Shown in pieces: positions 1 to 10,532 of a stretch of DNA of 64,000 nt. Location of the stretch: positions 355,045 through 419,044 of the forward strand of contig JAAOMT010000219.1 in assembly GCA_016748015.1 (NCBI GenBank), in the 5' to 3' direction. The stretch is from Geosiphon pyriformis uo1 (taxonomy: Eukaryota; Fungi; Glomeromycota). The notes below the pieces were generated by a model. The model had not been told where the DNA came from. It worked only from the letters and a program-made list of their open reading frames with translations, and ran no database searches. Made by a program: the position numbers and the translations under genes. Each line of letters starts with the position of its first letter. Position 1 is the stretch's first letter.

Positions 1-460
1 CCATACTGGAACAATAGCTTTTGATTATGGCTATTAATGGGATACTAACATTCATTGCCTTGGCTTATTTTTTTCTTTTCTTTTATTTTCTTTTCTGTGT
101 TATTTTGTTATTTTTTGTTGTTGACTAATTAATTAAAGAGTAAAGCACTAAGTTATTAACATTAAGAATAGTCTGGTAAAAGACCCCAAAGGAAGAGTAT
201 AAAGTTTGATAGTTTAAAAATAGCTTACCAAAAAGGCATCTCTGCCAGATTACCAGCCACCATACTGAAAAAAAAATTCAACAGAATTGCGATTCTAAAA
301 GGCTACTGAAACATTATTGAATCTTTGTCCATTATACAAAAAATTCTAACCCAAATCTTTAGATCACAAAAACCTTCAGAAACTAATATTATTACATCAA
401 TTAAGCACCAAGTTATTAGTTTGTTATTTGCTTTGAGACTCTAAATAATCACTTGTAATA
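1..460 (+). repeat. 3' part of a family-C LTR inserted into ORF3 of a family-A element
   Basis: Reverse-complement homologue of 36292-36760 (e.g. atactggaacaatagct / agctattgttccagtat). Ends in gtaata (decayed GTAACA) at 460, after which family-A ORF3 resumes (atgttccaagagtttt). Confidence 0.8.
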
Positions 461-707
461 ATGTTCCAAGAGTTTTAACTATTGCTAAAAGAGCCAAAAC
501 ACTAATACAAAAATTTGGTTTTTTAAATACAAAATTCATTTTGTCTCAAGTGTTATATACTCTATTTACAAATACTTCAACAAACTAGTTAACTTTGAAT
601 TAGATAAAACTATTCAAATAGATTACATCATAAATAACTTGATTTCACCAGAGCTCAATCTCTTTGGAAAGGATGATATTATAGTTAAAACCTATACTTC
701 TTATTAA
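461..707 (+). pseudogene. C-terminal part of family-A ORF3 (element A0), running through the PPT into the LTR
   Basis: Matches 14827-15074 (RVLTIAKRAKTLIQKFG...ELNLFGKDDIIVKTYTSY*). Confidence 0.8.
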
Positions 708-1377
708 TTATCACATATATTAGTTACTAATGTCATATAATTAGCCACTCTATTTTTAGAAAGTGATTATTGATCTAATTATTGACCTGACTGTTGACCT
801 GATTATTGACCTAATTATTAACCTAGTTATTGATTTGATTATTGATCACTTTTAATAGCTATATAAGTGATAAATCTCTTAACTATAGAAAAACATATAA
901 GAATCAAAGAAAGAAAATAAATAAAATAACAACTTTTCATCTCAATTATTTTCTTATTGCTAATTTCCCTTTTCTTACCTTCAAGTATCTGAATAACTTG
1001 GGATAAAAGATATTTGTTGGCTTTTATCTACCCTTTTCCTAAAACAAATAATTGTAGCATTTAAAGATTATTGAATAAAATATGATTAAAGAGCACATTT
1101 AATACCTAATATTAAATTCTAAGAACACTAATGTGAGACATAGAATTATATCAGGCATGATCATTTGTTGATAGTACAAACTATCCTTTTACTTTCAGAT
1201 TCTTCAGTTACCTTTTGAAAGTATAGCAACTGAAATATTTTATGAGACTAATCTCACATATTGAATTCTTACTCATTCAATTTGCTCCTTGAAGTTGAAA
1301 TCTCTTTGATTATTTTAATCATCTTACAATCCTGTTTTCCCTTACTATCTGTTAGCTTGTTACTCCAACCCATAACA
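677..1377 (+). repeat. 3' LTR of family-A element A0 (701 bp), inserted into element A1
   Basis: Preceded by the purine tract ggaaaggatga. Termini tattata...cataaca, homologous to 8251-8927. Followed at 1378 by 'atac' and mid-element family-A sequence rather than a PBS. Confidence 0.85.
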
Positions 1378-3675
1378 ATACCAAAAAAAAAACACCAAAA
1401 ACCAACAAACACTCTTGCCAAGCTAGATTTGCTAACAACAGCAATGTCACTCCTTTAATTTGTCAAGCCCAAGTGGCTGGTTATTTCATTAATCTGATCT
1501 TAGACAGTAGATCATCTGTTAGTGTAATTGCCAAACACTTTTTTAAAGCAATTGGCAGAAAGATTGATAAGCTTTTTATTTGACCAATAACCAATATACA
1601 TAGTGACAAAAAAAAAGATCTGGACATAGCTAAAGCTATTTCTGTTCACATCAATAGTATCAGCATTGAAACTGACATGGAAGTATTTGAAGCAAAAAAG
1701 TACATTATAATTGTTGGCAATAAGTGGCTTAAGAAAGCCAAAGCACTACTTGACTATAAACTTTGTGAGCTAACTATCAGATGTAGTAAGAAGTTCATTG
1801 TAGTTAAATGCTATTATTAAACAACTTCTCTAGTACCCAAGCAAAACCAAGAAGAAAAACAGTCAGATGAATTAGATGATGATAAGAATAATAAAGAAGA
1901 AGATCAAGAAAAACAAGAAGAAACTACTGAACTTGCTTATACTATTTTTACCAAAAATGATAAATCTGAACAATATTAAAGCTAACAAAGAAGGAATTAT
2001 GATAAATGGCAAGCTAATCTGCTGGTCCTACTATGATATTCTCAAAAAAACCTTTGATAGAAAACCTGGCAAGAAAACAAAATACAGTTATTGATAACAT
2101 GACCTTTGTGCCAGATGCTAGTGCAATAAATCTTTGTATTCCCCTAGTGATGAATGCAAGTCTTGTTTAATCTATTACAAAGATTGAAAGCCAATTAGTT
2201 TAATATCCAAAGAAGTACAGAAGTCCTTTGAAAATAAACCACCTGAAATCCAATCACTAGTTACAGAACAAAGAAAACCTTTCCCTGAAAAAAGAAAAGT
2301 GGACATTGAAAATCTGTTGGCTAAAAATAGCCCAGTTATTTCAAAAGAAAGTAATACTTCTGAATAAACCCATGTGATACAACATACTATCACCACAAAA
2401 AAAAATTGTCTTATTCATTTGAAGCCTTATTAATTCAATTGACACAATAATAAGTTTATCAAGAAAGAGATAAACCAGATAAAAAATCTTAGATTTATAC
2501 AAAAAACCAAGAGTGAATGAGCTTTTCCAGTTGTAGTAGTATCCAAGAAAGATAGAACCTTACATTTCTATGTTAACTACTGTCAATTAAATACCATCAC
2601 TATAAGAAACATGTACTCACTCCTTAAAATTAATACAATGCTAGATAAATTCAATAATGCTGTTTTCTTCTTAACTATTGACTTAACTGTTGAATTCCAG
2701 CAAGTAAAAATAGATTCAGAAAGCAGAAAAAAAACTGTTTTCATTACCAAGTATGGCACTTATGAATTCACAGTCATGTCTTTTGGTCTCACTAATGCCC
2801 CTTCCACTTTTTAACATCTAATAGACAAAGTATTTGAATCAGTAAAAGAAAACTTTGTTTTAATCTACTTAGATGACATAATGGTATACTTAAAAATCTG
2901 GGATGAATATTTTAAATATTTGCAGAAGGTTTTTGATCTGCTTAGAAATGCTGGTCTTAAAATCAACCCAATCAAATCTTTTTTTGGATGCCAATCTACC
3001 CAGTTTCTTGGTCATTTTATTACAAAAGATGGAATCTTCCCTGATCCAGCTAAAGTTGAAAAAGTTTAAAACATTAGACAATTAATAAATGTTCCTGAAC
3101 TATGCTCTTTCCTTGGTTTGGCTTTTTACTATTGCAAATTTATCAAGGATTTCTCCAAAATCGTCTTTTCTATTAATCATCTACTTAGGAAAAATGTCAA
3201 TTATTATTGGAGCATTTATCAACAAAAAGCTTTTGAAATTCTGAAGGAAAAACTTGTTACTAAACCAATTCTCAAGCAACCTAATCTGGACCAATCTTTT
3301 ATCCTCCACATTGATGCATCTGGCTATGAACTTGGTACTGTTCTTTTACAGAAAGATGAAAATGGCAGAGAACATATCATAGCATATGCCAGTAGATCCT
3401 TCACACCAGCAGAAAAGAACTATTCAATTATTGAACAAGAATGTTTGGCAGTAGTTTGGACTACTAGTTACTGGAATCAATATCTTCTTGGTATAAAATT
3501 CTTAGTAGTAACAGATTATCAAGCCTTGGTTTGGCTGTGCAATAAAAAAAAGTTAGAACACAAACAAATAATTTGCTAAATACTCTACTTGAATGAATTC
3601 GACTATAATATTCAACACCACAAAGAAACAAATCATCAAAATGCTAATGCTCTCTTTAGACTTATCATCCAGTAA
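1378..3675 (+). pseudogene. pol: pol (protease, Cys-rich linker, RT, RNase H) of A1
   Basis: ORF fragments 1876, 2611, 2881 and 3118 carry RT and RNase H motifs; many premature stops. Confidence 0.9.
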
Positions 3676-3733
3676 TAGTACAACCTCTTAAATCAAACCA
3701 ACCTAATTATTAGTAACTTTTTCACAAACAAAC

Positions 3734-5053
3734 ATGATAATAGACTTGGATAACTATTCTGTCTTAATGGAATTTTTGGATAAAGAATAATACCCACCAA
3801 AATACACTTGACAGCAAAGAGAACATTTGTGTAAACAATCAAATTTCTATTTAATTTGTCAGAACCAGTTATATAAAAGAAATAGAAAAGATCCTGACTG
3901 TTCTTAAAGAATCATCAGATTTGAAGAAAAAAAAATTGTAATATACAATACATATACTGATCCATTAGCTGAACACTTTGGAAAAACAAAAACAATTCAA
4001 AAAATCTTAGCTTGCTATTATTGGCTTATTTTGGAAAAAGATATTGTTGAATACATCAAAATCTGTAACATTTGCCAAAGAAAAGACAAATCCAATTGCA
4101 AAGAAAATATCCATCTAATCTCTGTTGGTCAACTATTTGACAAAATTGGTATAGATGTTATTGGACTTTTAACAATAATTCCTAATGGCAATAAATACAT
4201 TATTATAGCTACTGATTATCTTACAAAGTGAGTAAAAACAAAAGCCACTCCAGACCAAACAGCAGTCTTAATAGCCAATTTCATTTATGAAGATATTATC
4301 TGCCATTATGGCTGTTCCAAAGAACTTTTATCTAATAGAGGAAGAGCTTTTCTCAGTACACTGGTTGAAGAATTTTGTAGAAAAATGAGAATATATCATA
4401 AACTTTCTTCTTTTTACTACTCTCAAACAAATAGCCTAGTGGAACATTTCAATAGAACATTATGTGAAACCTTAGCCAAAACCAGTGAAAAAACAAACTT
4501 ATGAAACAAAGTACTGCCTTTAGCTTTGTTTGTTTATAAAACAGTAAATCATAACATAACAAGTTATGAATCTTTTTATCTATTCTATGGACATATAACA
4601 ATTCTACCAATAAAAACTAACATTGAAACAATACTCTTTGAAAAAATCACAATAGAGAATTATAAAAACATTTTGCAAAGAAGACTTGGTACTATTCTTG
4701 ATTCTTTAATAGAAGCATAAATAATTGGTTTTGAAAAGATAAAACAGTTTTAAGAAAAACTTAAGAAAAAAAAAACCTATAAAACACTTTTTTTAAGTGT
4801 TGATAACTTGGTATTAGAATATCATTTAGACAGAGACAATGTTTATAATAATAAATTCTCTAACTGGTGGAAAGAACCCTTTATAATCAACAAAATTTTA
4901 AACAATAATTCTTATATTCTTCAAGATCAATTTGGAACAATCTTTAATAATTGTTCTGTTTATAGTATACAACTCAAGAAATATTATAAACGACTTGATT
5001 GGTTGCCTGTTGTAATAATACTAACTCAAATGATCAGCAAAAATCAAGTATAA
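3734..5053 (+). pseudogene. Integrase of A1 (own ATG)
   Basis: HHCC remnant (HFG...CNICQR), core IGIDVIG/ATDYLTK/VEHFNRTL, GPF-like tail; no chromodomain. Confidence 0.88.
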
Positions 5054-5094
5054 ATAAATACATTATTCCCAAAACAGAGATATTTTCAATTAAC

Positions 5095-5707
5095 ATAAAC
5101 AATTATTTTCTGGATTAAAAACTATCCAAATGCTACTTTGACTATTAAAAAACAGACCACTATAACTAATAACAATAGAATACATATTGTTATTAGATCC
5201 AAAAAAACCACTACCAAAAGAGAAAAAATTAGTAGCAAAATAGATAAATATCTGTTAGAAAGTATAATAGCAGCTATACTTCTACCTTCCAGCACAATTA
5301 GAAAAACACTTCAAAAAATCTTATTTATAGACAAAAACTTGTCATATAAAAGACAATTAAAACTCTATAGTCATCTTGAAGAAATCATAGAAAATATAAA
5401 ACTCATAAAGAAAACAACTTTAGAGATACAGACAGAAATTTTGGGCATTATATAGTTAGATGTTTCAAGAGTTTTAACTATTGCTAAAAAAACCAAAATT
5501 CTAATACAAAGATTTGGTCTTTTGGATACAAAATTCATTTTGTCTCAAGTATTATATACTTTATCCACAAAAGACTTCAATAAAATAGTTAGTTTTAAGC
5601 TAAATAAAATGTTTCAAATAGATTATTTCATAAATAACTTGATTTTGCCAGAGCTTAACCTTTTTGGAAAGGATAATATTATAGTTGAAACTCATACTTT
5701 TTATTAG
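5095..5707 (+). pseudogene. ORF3 of A1 (unknown protein)
   Basis: Homologous to 14418-15074 and to ~63100-63755 (minus); ATG decayed to ATA; small internal deletion. Confidence 0.75.
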
Positions 5708-5970
5708 TTATCATATGTATTAGCCACTAATATCATATAATTAGTCATCTTATTTTTAGATAGTGATTATTAATCTGATCAATGACTTGATCATTAACCT
5801 AATTAATGACCTAATTGTTGACCTAATTATTGACCTAATTATTAATCTAGTTATTGATCTAATTATTAATCACTTTCAATAGCTATATAAGGAATGAATC
5901 TCTTAGTTATAAAAAAACATAATCAAAGTAATAAAATAAAACCCACTATCAATTACTTTCTCTTATATCA
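5677..5970 (+). repeat. Truncated 3' LTR of A1
   Basis: Follows the PPT. Has nine 12-bp repeats and a TATA box. Breaks off at 5970; subfamily sequence matches 62418-63129. Confidence 0.8.
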
Positions 5971-6807
5971 CTACTGACATATGTTATAGCATGTTGTCTG
6001 CTGTCTTCATTTTTTTGTAAGAAAACAGCACCAAGTTTATAGCCAGATGTATCAGTATGGAAAATAAAAGGTTGGTTCAAATCAGATTGCTTGAGAATTG
6101 GTTTAGTAACAAGTTTTTCCTTTAGAATTTCAAAAGCTTTTTGTTGATAAATGTCCCAGTAATAATTGACATTTTTTCTGAGTAGCTGATTGAGAGGAAA
6201 GACGATTTTAGAAAATTCTTGATAAATTTGCAATAGTAAAAAATCAAAGCATAGTTCAAGAACATTCATTGGTTGTCTAATGTTTTGAACTTTGTTAACT
6301 TTAACTGGGTCAGGAAAGATTTGATCTTTTGTAATAAGATGACCAAGGAACTGAGTGGATTGGCATTCAAAAAAAGATTTGATTGAGTTGATTTTAAGGC
6401 CAGCATTTCTAAACAGGTCAAAAACCTACTGCAAATGTTCAAAGTATTCATCCCAGGTTTTTGAGTAGACCATTATGTTATCTAAGTAGACCAGAACAAA
6501 GTTTTTTTTACTAATTCAAATACTTTGTCCATTCGATGTTGAAAGATAAAAGGAGCATTAATAAGACTAAAAGGCATAATTGTGAATTTATAGGTGCCAT
6601 ACTTGGTAATAAAAGCAGTTTTTTTTCTGCTTTCTGGATTCATTTCTACTTGCCAGAATTCAGCAGTTAAGTTAATGGTTGAAAAGAAAGCAACACTATT
6701 GAATTTATCTAATATTGCATTAATTTTGAAAAATGAGTATATGTCTCTTATAATAATAGTATTTAATTGGTAATCAACACAAAAGCATAGAGTTCCATCT
6801 TTCTTGG

Positions 6808-8200
6808 TATTACCAATGGTTTTTGTCATTATTTTTTAGCTTAATTGGTAACACACATTACCATGATTATGCTACTGAATATAGCATATTATGGGTGTAT
6901 AAACTATTTCAGTAGGTGAGAAAGCAAAAAGAGTACGTGATAAGGTTATTAAAGATAAAAAAAAGTATTGTCATTATTATTTGTTTTTGGACAAGAACCA
7001 GTCTTAAGTATTTAAAAAAGAAAAGAGAAGTCACATCTCTTTATATGTATTAAAAGTGCAACCAGCAATAAGGAGAAGCCAAAACTACTTAAAAAAATTG
7101 TAATTAGAATTCTTTCAATTAGTTATCAAAAGGGTATGGTGTTCAAATACCCACTTTGAAAACAAAGTTATAGAAATAATAAAAAGATTGTAAAAATAAA
7201 ACATAACTGAAATAGATTTAAACTTTTTATTGTTGAGACTACTTTCTAACAATGTGATACTTTATTACTTATTTTAATATTTTAACAACTTGTTCAGTGA
7301 AACAAGACTTAATGTGAAATGGTAATAACATATGATTTAAAAGATCAAAAGTAATAAAAAGCTTGATGGTATTATTAACAACTAGATAAGAAGTTATAAA
7401 TAATGTAATTCCAAATGGTGATAAGGAATATGAGAAGGCATACTTGAAATTGTGATAACAAGCATTTAAAACATAAGAAGAAAGAAAAAAAGAGTAAGGA
7501 ATAGAGGAAAGAACTAACTGTTTACTATAAAACTATAGTAAAAAGTTGGCTTAGTATTGAATTGATGCTTTTCTAAGCTGATAGAGAGACTATATATATA
7601 GCTAAATTATATTAAATCTGCATACTATATTAAGACTATTTAAGATACATCAATTATTTATACATTTTAATTTAATCAATTCATGATAAGCTTTACTCGG
7701 CATGTTATTTTCTCAAAGCTAGTGATTTTTAGATGATCAGATTTAGATGGCTGGATTTAGAACATTAATTATAAATCAATGATACCAATTGTGATTATGA
7801 TTAACATAATCAGAAGTAGATCAATTGATTAATTTTTTAATAACTATTTTTAATTATTGATCACAGATCTGGAATGTTAGATTGTTCTAATAAAAATGTA
7901 TAAGAATTTTGGAACATAACAAAACTTGTTGTTATCTGATTACATACATCAATTATTCATTTTCATTGGTGTTTCTTAGTTTGTCAAAATTTCTTTGTAT
8001 TCAACTTAGTTAAACTGTTGGATTGTGCCATATTTCTTTGTTGTAATTGGATTGATTGCTGATCATTTATTTTCAGATTGCCAGCTAATTTTGTTGATTA
8101 AGTGTAATAATGTAGGCCTTTTACACATGATTTTGATGTTAATTTTTATTGTATATGTTGTAATTTTTGCATTGAAAAGTGTGAAAATCTTTTAGTAATA
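6808..8200. repeat. Solo LTR, family D (1393 bp)
   Basis: Decayed TGTTAC...GTAACA termini (tattacc...agtaata). 4-bp TSD TTGG at 6804-6807 and 8201-8204. No coding capacity; TATA-like run near 7590. Confidence 0.8.
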
Positions 8201-8250
8201 TTGGATATTATTACAACTGAAAAAGCCTATTCACTCTTGGTTTTTTGTAT

Positions 8251-8927
8251 TGTTACAGTTGAAACTTATACTTTTTATTAATTATCACATGTATTAGCCA
8301 CTGATGTTATATAAATTAGCCACTCTATTTTTGGAAAGTAATCATTGACCTGATTATTGACTTGATTATTGACCTAGTTGTTAACTTGATTATTGACCAC
8401 TTTTGACAATTATATAAACAATGAATCTCTTAGCTGTAAAAAAGCATGTAAAAATCAAAAAAATAAAGAAATAAAATAACAACTTCATCTTAATCTTTCT
8501 CTTATTACTAATTTCCCTTTCCCTACCTTTAAGTTCTGAACATCTTAAAGATAAAAGACTACTTGTTGGCATTTATTTATCCTTTTTCTAGAACATGTAA
8601 TTGCAGCATTTGAAAACTATTGAATAAAACATGACTGAAAAGCATATTTGATATCTAATATTGAATGCTAAGAGTGCTGATGTAAGGCATAGAATTATAT
8701 TAGGTGTGATCAATTGTTGACAATATGGACTATTTCTCTACCTTCAGATTCTCCAGTTATTTTTTAAACAGTATAGTGACTGAGATATTTTATGAGACTG
8801 ATCTTGTACATTGAATCCATACTTATTTAATTTGCTCCTTGAAGTTGAATTCTCTTTAATTATTTCCATCATCCTACAATTCTGTTCTCCCTTGCTATCC
8901 ATTAGCTTGTTACTCCAACCTGTAACA
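8251..8927 (+). repeat. 5' LTR of A2
   Basis: TGTTACA...TGTAACA; five 12-bp repeats then TATATAA. Confidence 0.93.
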
Positions 8928-8933
8928 TAAAAG

Positions 8934-8950
8934 TGGTGCTCTCTGTGAAG
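8934..8950 (+). promoter_or_regulatory. Primer-binding site (tRNA-Ile(UAU)-like, tentative)
   Basis: TGGTGCTCTCTGTGAAG, 6 nt after the LTR; same in A3 (TGGTGCTCTTTGTGAGA). tRNA identity is inferred from resemblance to eukaryotic Ile-UAU 3' ends. Confidence 0.7.
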
Positions 8951-8979
8951 TTGTCAAAATCTACTTTGTTTCCTATTGT

Positions 8980-10532
8980 ATGGGTGATTATTCATATCTG
9001 CCACAACAAACAGAAGAAAACTTTGAAGCACACAACAAAAACAATCTAAACTTTATTGAACTCAATCCTTTGTCCTCCTACTTGATTTGCTTCTCCATTG
9101 AAGAACAATCCAGCAGACAATTCCAAGACTTTTGAAACTGGTTCCTGAACGAGCATTTAGCTGAAACCTATACAGCTTATACAACTTATTACTTTGACCA
9201 AGCTTATTTTGAAAACAACTTTGAAGAAAAAAACAACAGTATCAATCAGCTTTTATATTCTACAATCTTTGAACAACAGTCCTTTGATTTCGAATATCTG
9301 AATCATCAAATCCACATTTGGATTGCTGTTCATCAATCAACAGAAACTTTTTTTGAAACAAAAGAAGAAAACTATCAAACTGCTCCGGTTTTTGATCTCT
9401 TTTCAAGTGAATTAGAACACTCCACATAAACAGTTACATCTGAACCAATGGCTTAAGACCCTCTGCAACAAAACATTCTGATCGCCCTCCAAGATATACA
9501 GACTGCTTTAAGGTGAAGAAACAACACCCCATTACCATTATTCAGAAGTGATGCCCAAGATTTAATTGAATGACTAGATGATTTGAGAGAGCTGTTACAG
9601 CAAACCAATATAATAATGAATACAAGTTCTAAATCATTGGTGGCTATCTTCAAGGCTCTTCTGCTACTTGGTTCTTACAAGAAACCAATGCCAATGGTTA
9701 ACAAAAAATTATTAGATGGGCACCAGCAAATACTAGAGAAGATAACACCTCTTTCACTACCCGGTTTGAAATGAAATTTAGAACTTCCATCTTAATTTCA
9801 AAATGGCATATAGAATTAAAAAGAAGAACTTAAGGCCTTGGTAAAGTTGTGACAAAATATGCCAAAGCAATAAAAAAACTTATTAAACAGGTAGACTTTA
9901 AAAGAAATTAGACAGAAAAGCAAAAAATACATTCTTTCACAAAAAGATTGAGAATTGATCTATCATATGCTTTTTGGTCTCTTTTGGCCTTGAAAGATAA
10001 TCCCACAATGGATATGGCCATTGAACTTGCTCAGAAAATAGAAAACAATCAAAGAATGTACTTAGGATCTACACTTCTAGTTTTTGCTCCTGCCCCTATT
10101 ATGGCTCCTGCTCTCCAAATGGCTGCTATCTCTTTTGCTGTCTAAACTCAAGACCCAAATAAACAGTTAATAGATAGACTTACAGCTAATTTTGCCTGGC
10201 TATTAGAACCATTAGCCCAAGCAGTCAGAAACAACCAGCAATCCCAAAGACCCAGATTTGAATTCCGCTTCAATCAGCCCCAGCAACCATCATATCAAAG
10301 ACAACAAAATTATGGCCCACCTGTGTGCTATCACTGTGGGCTAACTAGACACTTTTCCAGAGACTGTAACAATTCTCTATTGCCTCCTTTAGCTCCCAAA
10401 AATAATAACACCCAGAATAACAGACCCAACAATAATAATATTTCCAATTAAAGACCCAATCATGCCAACATCAATTTCTTTGGAGAGGATCCCTTAGTTG
10501 AAGCTACTGTTTATCAGCCTTTAAACTGGTAG
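8980..10532 (+). pseudogene. gag: gag of A2 (N-terminal extension, capsid, CCHC knuckle)
   Basis: ATG at 8980; capsid-like LPLFRSDAQDLIE*LDD; knuckle CYHCGLTRHFSRDC at 10326; stop TAG at 10530. Confidence 0.85.

Larger units (their letters stand above)
1378..5970 (+). mobile_element. Ty3/Gypsy family A, copy A1 (3' two-thirds; degenerate)
   Basis: Order PR (LILDSRSS), RT (YLDD at ~2865), RNase H (HIDASG...AYASRS...EQECLAVVW), integrase, ORF3, truncated LTR. Colinear with 10901-15290. Confidence 0.92.

Noticed and set aside
8980-9000. Gag N-myristoylation (MG start)
   Set aside because: MGDYSY fits the MGxxxS/T consensus poorly (Asp at position 3, no Ser/Thr at 6).
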